Shown piece by piece: positions 9,916 to 19,697 of a DNA stretch of 64,000 bases. The notes beneath the pieces were generated by a model. The model was not told the origin of the DNA and did not search any database. It worked only from the letters and a program-made list of their open reading frames with translations. The stretch is from the NCBI GenBank assembly GCA_028280605.1, contig JANQLL010000205.1, positions 12,725 through 76,724 of the forward strand, in the 5' to 3' direction. The position numbers and the translations under genes are program-made. How positions within the stretch are numbered: the first letter of the stretch is position 1; each line of letters opens with the position of its first letter. This DNA is from Candidatus Gastranaerophilales bacterium (lineage in GTDB: Bacteria; Cyanobacteriota; Vampirovibrionia; Gastranaerophilales; JANQFW01).

Positions 9916-10626
9916 TCAGATCAAATATTGCTTTATTTGAGACTTTATAGAGTTAATTTTAACGCCTATATCCTTGGTAAAATATGCCTCATCGTGCTTA
10001 ACGGATTTAATATCCGCAATAGATAATAATTCTAATAAATCCAGATTAATCGGAGCTTTAAAAGTAACTGCCAGAGTTTTATAATCAAGTTCAAGCTTAC
10101 CTATTGCCATAAAGCCGAATATTTGATGATGTCTGATTAGTAAATAAACTGTATTTATAAAATTTTCATCAAAATTTAACCTGTATAAAACAGAACATGC
10201 CTTATCTGCGCCGTTTGTCGGATGTTCAGGATCAACTTCTTTTTCTCTTTTTGCTATATCGTGCAATAGTGCGGTATATAGAATTATTAATTTATTATAA
10301 TTATTTAATAGTTTATATTCTTGAGATTTTTTTATTTTATTTATTACTGATAGTGTATGATTTGCCAAGCAATAGTCATGTACATTATGCTGTTGGCAAT
10401 TTATCAGCCGTCGCCACTCAGGGATTACATTTATAGTGGTATTAATCAGCTCGACTTGAGAGTCTGTAAAGGAATTATTTTTTACAAAAAGTTCGCCTGT
10501 AAAGCTGGAGTTGTTAAAATCCACATCTTGCCAGTCTACTTGAAGAAGCAGATTATTTAGTGCGCAGGTTTCTTTGTTTTGATTGCTTACTAGCTCTTCG
10601 TAATCATATTTATTAATTTTTGGCAT
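9916..10626 (-). CDS. HD-domain phosphohydrolase family protein
   Basis: LLHDIAKRE and LIRHHQ motifs (H...HD...H...D pattern). Confidence 0.6.
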   Translation of the reverse strand: MPKINKYDYEELVSNQNKETCALNNLLLQVDWQDVDFNNSSFTGELFVKNNSFTDSQVELINTTINVIPEWRRLINCQQHNVHDYCLANHTLSVINKIKKSQEYKLLNNYNKLIILYTALLHDIAKREKEVDPEHPTNGADKACSVLYRLNFDENFINTVYLLIRHHQIFGFMAIGKLELDYKTLAVTFKAPINLDLLELLSIADIKSVKHDEAYFTKDIGVKINSIKSQIKQYLI

Positions 10627-10721
10627 TTTTATTATCTCTGTAGCCTACTATAAAAATTATAAAGCTATCCATTATATTTGTCTATTATGAGTGTTTGCAG
10701 TAGCCTTGTATATAAATTATT

Positions 10722-12248
10722 TTATTGATTTTTAGTGGGGGCTTCATGTTTTTTTTCAGTTGTACTTTGAGCTTGTGATATTACGTTTATAGAGCCTGGT
10801 CTGTTTTTTAATACAGTGTCATAGTAGATGTCCTGGGCTGCATAAGCTTCTTTTTCTAGGGGGTTACTTTTATATATGTCAATAAGCTTATTATTAAAAA
10901 CTTTAGGAAAGTCTTTAGAATCCAATTTTTTATTTTTTACTTCTTGGATTAAATCTTTTTGTAATTTTTCTAATTTTCTTCCATCTTCTAGCTTATTAGC
11001 TAACCCCTCCAAGTATTCATGAGCTCGTTTAGCCTGCGAACTACTAGAATTAATGGGCTCTGAACTATCTATAATTTTTTGATAAAATTTTGTGTTTAAA
11101 ACCTGGGGATTTGAGTTAATTTTTTGAGATAAAGAATATTCTTTTTTATAAAAATTATATTCTTTATATATAAATCTTGCTAGTATTTTTTGATTAAGAG
11201 CTTCAGCATTATTATTATTTAATGCCTCTATAGTTGGACTCAGTTCATCTATAGCAGCTTTAAGGCTGGGCATTCTTTTCTGATGATAGCTTATAAGTTG
11301 TTTTTTAAGTCCATCAATGCCAATATTTTTTGTTCTAGCAATATCTGAAAACTGCCTAAAATGCTCCAGCTCATGTCTTAAAAAACCTTCAGTTGAACTG
11401 CTTTTAACTCCAGTTTTTATACCCTTAAACTTATTGTAAATACAATCTATATTAAATAAAGTTTTGCTAATTGGATTAACATGAAATTTATTTATATATA
11501 GTTCACCTATAGCTGGTTCAAATTGACCAGCTATGTTATTTGGCATATTTTTCTTTATAACAAGCTTAGGCTTTACCTTTAATCCCATTTCGTTTGTTAT
11601 TTCTTCATATCTTAATTTTAAATTAGCTTTTGAGCTGGCATAAATATGCTTAAATGGATTCTTTGTTGATTTTAAATCGCTCCAAAATTCTTTGTTAAAA
11701 TGCATCTTAGATCCAAATTTTGCATAATCTTTCACAGCTTTTATAGCCTTTGGGACAAACGGCAAAGTAAGAGCCAAGTCAACACCATCACCCCCGATGT
11801 TTTTTAAATCATTCCGCAACTCGTTATAGTTATTGTTTTCATTATGCTTAAACGCATTAATAGAATCTTTAACTGTTTTACCCACAGCTATGGTTGCAAA
11901 GCCTAAAGCTAAAGCTGATGCTCCCGTAGCAGATGTAATGCCAATTAATGGTAATGCCCCTAAAGCCAGTGATGTAGCGCCGACAACACCAATAGTTTTT
12001 AATGGTTGCTTAAAAACTGATAATACTAAATCTTTTGTCTTATTTAAAAAGCCACTGCCTACAAGCTTTATACCTTCTTTGATACTAACGTCATCAATAT
12101 CTTCTATTTCCTTATCAGAATCATCTTTTATTTCACTGTCTATTACACTCGTTATATTTGAATTTTTTGAAAAATATATATTATACTTTTGCTGCAATCC
12201 CAGTTTCTTATTAGTAGTAATTATTTTGGGGGCTAAATTTACTAACAT
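10722..12248 (-). CDS. Hypothetical protein with glycine-zipper hydrophobic region and HExxH motif
   Basis: 508 aa. It contains IGVVGATSLALGALPLIGITSATGASALALGFATIAVG and LRHELEHFRQ, a possible zinc-metalloprotease signature. I recognise no family. Confidence 0.55.
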   Translation of the reverse strand: MLVNLAPKIITTNKKLGLQQKYNIYFSKNSNITSVIDSEIKDDSDKEIEDIDDVSIKEGIKLVGSGFLNKTKDLVLSVFKQPLKTIGVVGATSLALGALPLIGITSATGASALALGFATIAVGKTVKDSINAFKHNENNNYNELRNDLKNIGGDGVDLALTLPFVPKAIKAVKDYAKFGSKMHFNKEFWSDLKSTKNPFKHIYASSKANLKLRYEEITNEMGLKVKPKLVIKKNMPNNIAGQFEPAIGELYINKFHVNPISKTLFNIDCIYNKFKGIKTGVKSSSTEGFLRHELEHFRQFSDIARTKNIGIDGLKKQLISYHQKRMPSLKAAIDELSPTIEALNNNNAEALNQKILARFIYKEYNFYKKEYSLSQKINSNPQVLNTKFYQKIIDSSEPINSSSSQAKRAHEYLEGLANKLEDGRKLEKLQKDLIQEVKNKKLDSKDFPKVFNNKLIDIYKSNPLEKEAYAAQDIYYDTVLKNRPGSINVISQAQSTTEKKHEAPTKNQ

Positions 12249-12360
12249 TTTATAATGCTTCCTTTCAACAAATCCCTATTACTTAATACAATATATATTT
12301 AAATAAAAACACTAAATATAAAAATTGCCCCTAATAAAATAGAGCTTAGATATCTATATT

Positions 12361-13101
12361 CTAAACGACCAACATCTCTCTTAACTTCTCCAAATCCTCC
12401 TGCGTATCAACCCCAATAGGCTTGTAATCAACTACAGCAGTTTTTATTTTCATACCGTTGTACAATGCTCTTAATTGTTCCAAACACTCGGTCTTTTCGA
12501 TATCAGCCTGCACCAAAGCCGTCATATTAAGCAAGCTTTCTCTTCTATATACATACAAACCAATATGAGCATAAAAATCCATACCCACATTCTCTCTTTC
12601 ATAAGGTATACAAGACCTGGAAAAATAAAGCGCATTACCACGCACATCAGTCACAACCTTAACCAAATTAGGATTGTTTACTTCAGGCTTATCATCAATT
12701 TTTCTAATCAAAGTAGAAATATCAGCACTCTCATCGTCAATTAAACATTTTACTGCACGGTCAATACTCTCAGGTGTAATCAAAGGCTCGTCACCCTGTA
12801 CATTAACAGCAATTTCTATATCAGGATTATTTTTAACAACCTCAGCAATCCTGTCACTCCCACTTTGATGATATGGTGAGGTCTTTTCGACAAGACCGCC
12901 AAACGATTTAACGGTTTGATAAATCTCTTCATTATCTGTTGCAACAATAACTTTATTGGCATACTTTGACTGGATAGCCTTTTCCCATACCAACTGAATT
13001 ATAGACTTATCGTTTACTTTTAATAAAGGCTTACCCGGCAACCTTGTTGAAGCGAATCGAGCCGGTATTATTATAGTTATATTATTTGAATGCATAAACA
13101 A
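12361..13101 (-). CDS. kdsB: 3-deoxy-manno-octulosonate cytidylyltransferase (CMP-KDO synthetase)
   Basis: IIIPARFASTRLPGKPL, VATD and NVQGDEP motifs. Confidence 0.9.
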   Translation of the reverse strand: MFMHSNNITIIIPARFASTRLPGKPLLKVNDKSIIQLVWEKAIQSKYANKVIVATDNEEIYQTVKSFGGLVEKTSPYHQSGSDRIAEVVKNNPDIEIAVNVQGDEPLITPESIDRAVKCLIDDESADISTLIRKIDDKPEVNNPNLVKVVTDVRGNALYFSRSCIPYERENVGMDFYAHIGLYVYRRESLLNMTALVQADIEKTECLEQLRALYNGMKIKTAVVDYKPIGVDTQEDLEKLREMLVV

Positions 13102-14209
13102 CTCCCTCTTTTGTACCTATAAACACAATACTATCATTAACAACCGGCGAAGAAAACAAAGGAAAACCTGTATTAAAAGACCAAATAAGATTGCCACTTG
13201 TTGCATTAAAAGAATATAAATTCTTGTCACCAGATGCAACATAAACATGATCATCAATAACTGCCGCAGAGCCTAAGATTGCACCATTTGTTTTATACTG
13301 CCAATTTACAGTTCCATCTAGTGCATTTAACGAATAAAAATAACCCTTTCCATCACCAACAAAAACCTTACCCTTATAACATGCCGGCGTTGATGCTACT
13401 ATCCCCTGCAATTTTCTCTTCCAGAAAGGTTGTAAGGTTTTTAACGAGATTGCATAGATATGGTTGTCTGTTGAGCCAACGTAAAGGCTATTATTTGATA
13501 TAACAGGTCTGGAAACTATATGGCCTTGAGTTTTAAAAGTCCAGTTTTTTTGAGGGCTAAAAAGATTAACCCCATATAAGTTACCATCATAAGAGCCAAA
13601 ATAAAGCATATTTTTAAAAATCGTAGGTGAAGACTCTATAGGACCATAAGTTGGAAACACCCAATTTTTCCGCCCGGTATTAATGTTAATGGAATAAAGG
13701 CGTTTATCTCTAGAGCCAAAATAAATATTAGCTTTATTAACCTCTGGCGTAGAGAAAATAGAATCATTAGCTTTATATCGCCAAATTACCCTGCCGCTTA
13801 ATTTATCTAACAAAAATAAAGTACCATTATCAGCACCTATTGTAATAAAATTAGAATAAATTTCTGGTGATGACTTAGAAATAGCAGTTCCTAAAGCTGC
13901 TTTCCAATACAATGCACCGGAACGTTTATTAATAGCATAAATACATCCATTTTGCGCAGCAATATATACATTACATTTGTCAACCGCAGGTGTTGAATTT
14001 ATTTGAGCCTTGGTATCATATTCCCATAACAAGCTACCGGAAGGCACACTGCCTTTACTTATGTATTTATAACGATACTGGCTAGGCTGTTTGTTGAATA
14101 ACCCTACTTTTTTTATGTTTAAATTGCTTTCGCTACAACCTGTTATAGTTAAACAACATAAAGTAAAAATAAAAAGAGATAATAAAAATTTTTTGTAACG
14201 AGCATTCAT
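13082..14209 (-). CDS. PQQ-like beta-propeller repeat lipoprotein (BamB-like)
   Basis: Signal peptide with lipobox LTITGC. Repeated motifs of the form ...YAIN..SG...W are typical of PQQ/BamB propellers. Confidence 0.7.
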   Translation of the reverse strand: MNARYKKFLLSLFIFTLCCLTITGCSESNLNIKKVGLFNKQPSQYRYKYISKGSVPSGSLLWEYDTKAQINSTPAVDKCNVYIAAQNGCIYAINKRSGALYWKAALGTAISKSSPEIYSNFITIGADNGTLFLLDKLSGRVIWRYKANDSIFSTPEVNKANIYFGSRDKRLYSININTGRKNWVFPTYGPIESSPTIFKNMLYFGSYDGNLYGVNLFSPQKNWTFKTQGHIVSRPVISNNSLYVGSTDNHIYAISLKTLQPFWKRKLQGIVASTPACYKGKVFVGDGKGYFYSLNALDGTVNWQYKTNGAILGSAAVIDDHVYVASGDKNLYSFNATSGNLIWSFNTGFPLFSSPVVNDSIVFIGTKEGVVYAFK

Positions 14210-14213
14210 TTAT

Positions 14214-15224
14214 TTAATTTGCCTCTTTTATTTTCGCTCTAGGATGAGCTTTTACGTAAGTTTGGCGTAATCTTTCTGTGGAAACATGTGTATATATTTG
14301 AGTATTACTGATATTTGCATGTCCTAAAAGCTCTTGAACTATACGCAAGTCAGCACCTTTTTCCAAAAGCTTGGTAGCAAAACTATGCCTGAACACGTGA
14401 GGAGATAATTTTTTAGATAAATTCAACTTTTTGGACAATTCATTTAAAGTTCTGTTTATACTCCTTTGTTGAAGCCTGAAGCCCGTATTATTTATAAAAA
14501 CAGGTGATGATTGCGTAAAATAGCTATCCCCACATACTTGATGCCTCATATTTTTAATATATGACTCCAGGTATTCTTTAGCTCTGTTGCTTATTAAAAC
14601 AATCCTTTCTTTTCCGCCTTTACCAAAAACAGTTATTTCGTTACTTTCCAGGTTCAAATCTTCAAAGTTAAGACTGCAAAGCTCAGAAATTCTTATACCT
14701 GTAGCATATAAAACTTCAAAAATAGTTCTGTTTCTATAGCCTGACGGGGTAGTTATATCAATATGATCCAATATTTCATCAACTTCATCTTCCGTTAAAA
14801 AATCAGGCAGTTTTTTAGTTTTCTTAGGTGTTTTAATGTTACTGGCAGGATTTGAAGACACCAGTTTTTCTCGATATAAAAACCTGTAAAAAGTTCGCAG
14901 TGCAGCAATTTTTCTTGAAACAGTTGTTTTTGAATAATTTTGTGTTTGAATAAAAGCAAGGTATTCTTTTAAATCTTTATGAGTAAAATCCTGAGGCAAC
15001 CTATTTTGAGTCCAGGTTAAAAAGATCGTTATGTCAGCAGTATAAGCCTTTGCAGTGTGTATAGATAAATTTCTTTCCACTTCAAGGTATAACTTAAACT
15101 CATCAAGCAATTTCAGAGATTCCGGTTTTATTAACGATTTATCCAATAATCCATCTCCACATTTACAAGTTAGCCAATTGTCATATAAAATTATACAATT
15201 AAGTATACCTGATTGTAAAAGCAA
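14214..15224 (-). CDS. Tyrosine recombinase, XerC/XerD family
   Basis: ATGIRISEL, GKGGKERIV, HVFRHSFAT and LLGHANISNTQIYTHV catalytic-region motifs. The true start may lie downstream of the first ATG. Confidence 0.85.
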   Translation of the reverse strand: MLLQSGILNCIILYDNWLTCKCGDGLLDKSLIKPESLKLLDEFKLYLEVERNLSIHTAKAYTADITIFLTWTQNRLPQDFTHKDLKEYLAFIQTQNYSKTTVSRKIAALRTFYRFLYREKLVSSNPASNIKTPKKTKKLPDFLTEDEVDEILDHIDITTPSGYRNRTIFEVLYATGIRISELCSLNFEDLNLESNEITVFGKGGKERIVLISNRAKEYLESYIKNMRHQVCGDSYFTQSSPVFINNTGFRLQQRSINRTLNELSKKLNLSKKLSPHVFRHSFATKLLEKGADLRIVQELLGHANISNTQIYTHVSTERLRQTYVKAHPRAKIKEAN

Positions 15225-15306
15225 AATAGAAAATTGGCTAATAAAAATAAATTTTCAAATTAATCATGATATTTTTATTAGAAGATAGATTTTAGGGGTT
15301 TGAGAC

Positions 15307-17187
15307 ATGAGTATAAATTCAAAAAAATTATTAGCAGTACTTTTTACCACATTAGTTTTTACCGGTTGGACTTATTGCGCACCATCAGTGCAAGCAAAAA
15401 GTTACGGAAAAATTTATAATGCTAAAATTTCAAGAAACTATTCTGTTGTACAAAACTTAATAAGAAGAAAAAATTACAAAGCAGCAAAACAAAAATGTTT
15501 AGATATTTTGAAAAAAAGACCGAACGATCAACGCGCCAGGCTCTACTTAGGAGAGGTCTATTCAGAGCAATATAAGCTGGACGCAGCTAAGAGAGAATTC
15601 AAGAGAATATTATCAAGAAATCCTAATAACGCAGCTGCACTTAACGGATTAGGAGAGGTTTATTATAAAAGAACATCCTCATCAGATATGGAAGTTAGAA
15701 GAAATCTTGATAAATACTATCAAAAAGCATTTAAACACTTTAAAAAAGCTATAGAAATAGCACCCGCTTATTATACAGCATACTATAACGTTGCAAAAGT
15801 ATTTTTACAGCTAAAAAGCTATGAGGAATCAGAATATTATTTTGAAAAAGCTTTAGAGTTAGAACCGGGTAGCTCAAAGGCCTTAGATGGACTTGGACAA
15901 GTTGACATGGCTTATGGCAGAACAGATGAAGCCATAAATAAATTTAGAAGAGCAATAGCTAAGAATTCAAAGAACTCAACAGCACACTATCACCTAGGTG
16001 AAGCTTTAATCAAAAAAGATAAATACAGTGAAGCCATAAAATCCTTAAATACATCCTTATATTTGTTTAAAAACAGCGCACCTGTCCATAATATGCTAGG
16101 TCGTGCGTATGAACTGCAAGGTAATGAGATGGCAGCAATAACCCAATATAATAAAGCAGCTCTGATTAAACCCGAAGACACTGATGCGTATATGAATCTT
16201 TCTAATATATATCAAAGAAGGGGCGATGGCGAGCTTGCTATTTCCCAGTTAAAAAATTTAATAAAACTAATGCCTGACTTTACAGAAGGCAAACTAAAAG
16301 TAGCAGAATTATCATTAAAAAATAATAAATTAGATCAAGCCATTTATTATTACAATGAAGCACTGCAATCTCCCAAGTATACAGCAGTTGCACTAAACGG
16401 ATTGTCTGATGCATACTTTAAAAAAGCACAAAATGCTAAAGCTTACAATTCTCTATCAACAGATATTGATTATACAAATGTAGAAAATCTGATAAAGCGA
16501 GCTATAACTTATACCCCTGACAATTTGCAGCTTTATCTGGCATTGCTAAAAATTTCAAGGTTAAATAACAATGATACTCAGGCAGGTTCATATTTAAACA
16601 AAATCATTACAGATTCTTCTTATCAGCCGGTTTCAAATGTTATTAAGGGCGAAGCTCACTTAAGCTTTAAAAATTATAAAAAAGCTCAACAACACTTTGA
16701 TATTGCAGTTAACCAAATATCAAACACAGACGATTTGTTAAAAATTAGCGAAATTCTAATATCAAACAGAGCGTATCCTTCAGCCAGACTGGCATGCCAA
16801 AAGATACTAAATAGAGATCCTGATAATGCATTGGCTTTAAGATATCTTGATAAATTAAGAAGTAATGAACATAAAGCTACATTACAATATAACAAGGGAA
16901 AAGCTTTTTATGACGAAGGACAAAAAATAGCTTCAATAGATACACTAAGACAAAGTCTTGATTTAAACCCTTACAATCTCGATGCTCAACTGTTAATAGC
17001 AAAAGCTTATGAAAAAAAGAGATACTACTTTAATGCGCTAGAGCACTATAATGCATACTTAGACCTAAGCACTTATGGCAATTATCAACAAGATAATAAA
17101 TATGTCAGAAAAGTTAACAGGCTTAAGAAAAAAATAAAAAAAGCCCAGCAGAAAAATAAAAAGATTAAAAAGTACACTGAACTGTAA
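15307..17187 (+). CDS. Secreted TPR-repeat protein
   Basis: N-terminal signal peptide (LLAVLFTTLVFTGWTYCAPSVQA) and many TPR-like A..Y...G......A...F..AL...P repeats. Confidence 0.8.
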   Translation: MSINSKKLLAVLFTTLVFTGWTYCAPSVQAKSYGKIYNAKISRNYSVVQNLIRRKNYKAAKQKCLDILKKRPNDQRARLYLGEVYSEQYKLDAAKREFKRILSRNPNNAAALNGLGEVYYKRTSSSDMEVRRNLDKYYQKAFKHFKKAIEIAPAYYTAYYNVAKVFLQLKSYEESEYYFEKALELEPGSSKALDGLGQVDMAYGRTDEAINKFRRAIAKNSKNSTAHYHLGEALIKKDKYSEAIKSLNTSLYLFKNSAPVHNMLGRAYELQGNEMAAITQYNKAALIKPEDTDAYMNLSNIYQRRGDGELAISQLKNLIKLMPDFTEGKLKVAELSLKNNKLDQAIYYYNEALQSPKYTAVALNGLSDAYFKKAQNAKAYNSLSTDIDYTNVENLIKRAITYTPDNLQLYLALLKISRLNNNDTQAGSYLNKIITDSSYQPVSNVIKGEAHLSFKNYKKAQQHFDIAVNQISNTDDLLKISEILISNRAYPSARLACQKILNRDPDNALALRYLDKLRSNEHKATLQYNKGKAFYDEGQKIASIDTLRQSLDLNPYNLDAQLLIAKAYEKKRYYFNALEHYNAYLDLSTYGNYQQDNKYVRKVNRLKKKIKKAQQKNKKIKKYTEL

Positions 17188-17318
17188 ATGAAGAATGGAC
17201 TAATGGACTAGAAAATATCCTTATACAAGTTAAGACCTGATACAATAACTGAGAAGAGATACTGAAAATAAAATTAAATGGGTCAAGTATGAAATAAAAA
17301 GTTTTCTTTTCTTTATAT

Positions 17319-17360
17319 GCTTACTGGAACTAACATTATGTCAGTTCCAGTAAGCTTTTT
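17319..17360 (+). terminator. Intrinsic terminator candidate after the TPR gene, overlapping the 3' end of vsr on the other strand
   Basis: 13-bp perfect stem GCTTACTGGAACT / AGTTCCAGTAAGC (17319..17331 and 17343..17355) followed by TTTTT on the + strand. Confidence 0.6.
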
Positions 17361-17743
17361 ACTTTATCAATGCAAGCCTGTAAATCTTTATTAACTTCGT
17401 GTTCCCAAAGCCTTATTACTTTCCATCCTTTGGATTCTAGCTCTGCTACAATTTTTTTGTCTCTATCTATATTTTTTTGAATTTTTTTTTGCCAATATCC
17501 TTTTGGAGGTATTTTTCCTTTTACCTTCCAGTTGAACCCATGCCAAAAATCCCCATCAATAAATACAGCTAATTTTTGTTTTGGGTATACTATATCAGGT
17601 TTTCCAGGTAATTTATAATTAATCCTATAGCCCTTTAATCCCTGTTTGTATAATTCTTTTCTAAAATAAATTTCTAGCTTAGTTGTTGATTTTATTTTAG
17701 ACATTATTTTAGATCTAGCTTCTTTACTGAATTTATCTGGCAT
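17336..17743 (-). CDS. vsr: Very short patch repair endonuclease
   Basis: 135 aa. PDIVYPKQKLAVFIDGDFWHG and VIRLWEHE motifs are typical of Vsr. It is adjacent to a C5-methyltransferase. Confidence 0.9.
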   Translation of the reverse strand: MPDKFSKEARSKIMSKIKSTTKLEIYFRKELYKQGLKGYRINYKLPGKPDIVYPKQKLAVFIDGDFWHGFNWKVKGKIPPKGYWQKKIQKNIDRDKKIVAELESKGWKVIRLWEHEVNKDLQACIDKVKSLLELT

Positions 17744-17752
17744 AAAACTGAC

Positions 17753-18793
17753 TTACTTTATTGAACTAGCCAACTCTTTTGATTCATGTTGTTGGTCTAG
17801 TAAATCTAAATCTTTTTTAATCTGTTGGGCAAGTGCATAGGCTAAATTTACAGGTACAGCATTTCCTACCATTTTATACCCATCAGCAACATAATCATAT
17901 ATAAATATAAAATCATCAGGAAATGTTTGTATTCTTGCGCATTCTCGAACAGACAACCTTCTATATAAATGTTCTTTTCCTTTTGCAAAAATTCTTTTAT
18001 CTTTGTTAATAAATGTCATTTTGGGTGCTTGAGGATGAATAGGAGCATGCCGACCTCCTGCTTGAATAGTAAAAGATTGTTCATCCCAAGTCCTAACTCT
18101 ATTTCTTGACATATAGATTGTTGAATATCCACCAATAAAGTACTCATGATTTGGGATGATACAGTCATTCGCATTTGTATAATTTTTTTCCTTTGCAGGA
18201 ATAGCACTATCTTCTAAGTCTCTAATAGCATCATTTAACGTTAAACTCTTAAGGAAATTTCTAGGAAAAATAAACTTTTTTTCTAAATCTTTTCTATAAC
18301 CCACAAATATAACTCTTTTTCGATCTTGAGGAACATTATAACTTGAGGCATTTATTAACTTATAGTTTAATATATAGCCAGATTCCTGAAATAGCTTAAT
18401 AATATTATTTAAAGCTAATTCATGTCTTTTTGCAAGCATTCCAGAAACATTTTCTGCAAGAAAAAATAATGGCTTTTTATCTCTCAAAACCCTTATAAAT
18501 TCATAGAACAATTTGCCCCTCTCATCATTTATGCCTCTTAAGGCTCCTGCTTCACTCCAGCTCTGACAAGGAGGACCTCCTATAATTCCTATACATTCTG
18601 GAATGTTAACAGACAGTACAGCTCTAATACTACTTGTGTCTAAAAATGTATTAGGGAAATTGTATCTAAAAGTTTGCCAAATACTTTTATCATATTCATT
18701 TGCCCATACGGTATCAAAGCCTGCAAGCTCAAATCCTTTGTCTAATCCACCTGCACCAGAAAATAAGCTTATAATTTTATTATTCTTAAACAT
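17753..18793 (-). CDS. DNA (cytosine-5)-methyltransferase, M.HaeIII-like (predicted GGCC specificity)
   Basis: Motifs LFSGAGG, GGPPCQSWS, ENV, QDRKR and GNAVP. The variable region PNHEYFIGGYSTIYMSRNRVRTWDE...GKEHLYRRLSVRECARIQTFPDDFIF closely resembles my recollection of M.HaeIII. The start is placed at MFKNNK (ATG 18793), which overlaps the upstream stop by 8 nt. Confidence 0.9.
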   Translation of the reverse strand: MFKNNKIISLFSGAGGLDKGFELAGFDTVWANEYDKSIWQTFRYNFPNTFLDTSSIRAVLSVNIPECIGIIGGPPCQSWSEAGALRGINDERGKLFYEFIRVLRDKKPLFFLAENVSGMLAKRHELALNNIIKLFQESGYILNYKLINASSYNVPQDRKRVIFVGYRKDLEKKFIFPRNFLKSLTLNDAIRDLEDSAIPAKEKNYTNANDCIIPNHEYFIGGYSTIYMSRNRVRTWDEQSFTIQAGGRHAPIHPQAPKMTFINKDKRIFAKGKEHLYRRLSVRECARIQTFPDDFIFIYDYVADGYKMVGNAVPVNLAYALAQQIKKDLDLLDQQHESKELASSIK

Positions 18794-19628
18794 TTTTGTA
18801 CTCCATAAATTTACACTCGAGTAATTGAGCAGGATTATCAGGGTTTTTGATTTTAACATCACTTATTTTTAATGAATTTAACAGTTCAAGTGCTTTTTTA
18901 TCCTTTAATTCAAAAGAGTTAAATTTTTCAGTGCGCACTAGACAGTACAGCTTAAAACCAGAATGATATTCATCTTGTAAAAGATAGGAGAACACCTTAC
19001 TAGGGTTTTCTATGTGCCACATCCCCCTAATTCTTAAATTAGTTATACCTAAGGGATCAACTTTTTTCACCCTACCAAGCTCATTTGTTTCTGCAAATTC
19101 TACATTTTGAATACTATTTAAGCCACTTGATATTGTATTAGCAATTCTTTGGTAAATAGTTCTATTTGCTGCATAGCAATCTCCATAGACAAGCCATAAA
19201 TATTTTAATTGATTACCCTTAACAAAACCTATAGCATATATTATATCTTTTTCTCGCCAGTCTTCACATTTACGACAGTTATCAGTGATTCTTGTATCAT
19301 CAATATAAAGCTTATTTTTAGGATAAGAACTATTTAATGCTAATCCTGAAGATTTACTTTGGATTTTTTTTACTTCAATAGCATCTCCATTCTTAAGAAT
19401 GCAATCTGGGGGATTATTTTGATTGCCGATGTAAGAAAAAGCCTTTTCTATTTTTTCATTACGCTGGTATTCATTTTTTTCATTTATTGTTTCAGCGAAG
19501 GCATCTATTATATATTTTTCAAGGGCATCACCCATGTTATTTGCCCTATTTACGCCCGAATTATTGTTTTGAATTGATAATATAGGATTTTCAATAATAT
19601 TTTTTATTGCTTTTAAAAAATTGCTCAT
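18786..19628 (-). CDS. Putative type II restriction endonuclease, partner of the M.HaeIII-like methylase
   Basis: 280 aa, translationally coupled to the methylase through an 8-nt overlap. Candidate PD-(D/E)xK motif PPDCILKNGDAIEVKK. Family not verified. Confidence 0.6.
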   Translation of the reverse strand: MSNFLKAIKNIIENPILSIQNNNSGVNRANNMGDALEKYIIDAFAETINEKNEYQRNEKIEKAFSYIGNQNNPPDCILKNGDAIEVKKIQSKSSGLALNSSYPKNKLYIDDTRITDNCRKCEDWREKDIIYAIGFVKGNQLKYLWLVYGDCYAANRTIYQRIANTISSGLNSIQNVEFAETNELGRVKKVDPLGITNLRIRGMWHIENPSKVFSYLLQDEYHSGFKLYCLVRTEKFNSFELKDKKALELLNSLKISDVKIKNPDNPAQLLECKFMEYKNV

Positions 19629-19697
19629 TCTTGTTTACTAAAACTAACTATAAACTAAGATAATTTTACCATAAGCTATACAGTCTATTATAAATTT

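Noticed and set aside
9805-10026. 73-aa ORF bridging the end of the MlaD-like gene and the HD-domain gene.
   Set aside because: It overlaps both neighbours, has no SD and gives a low-complexity translation.
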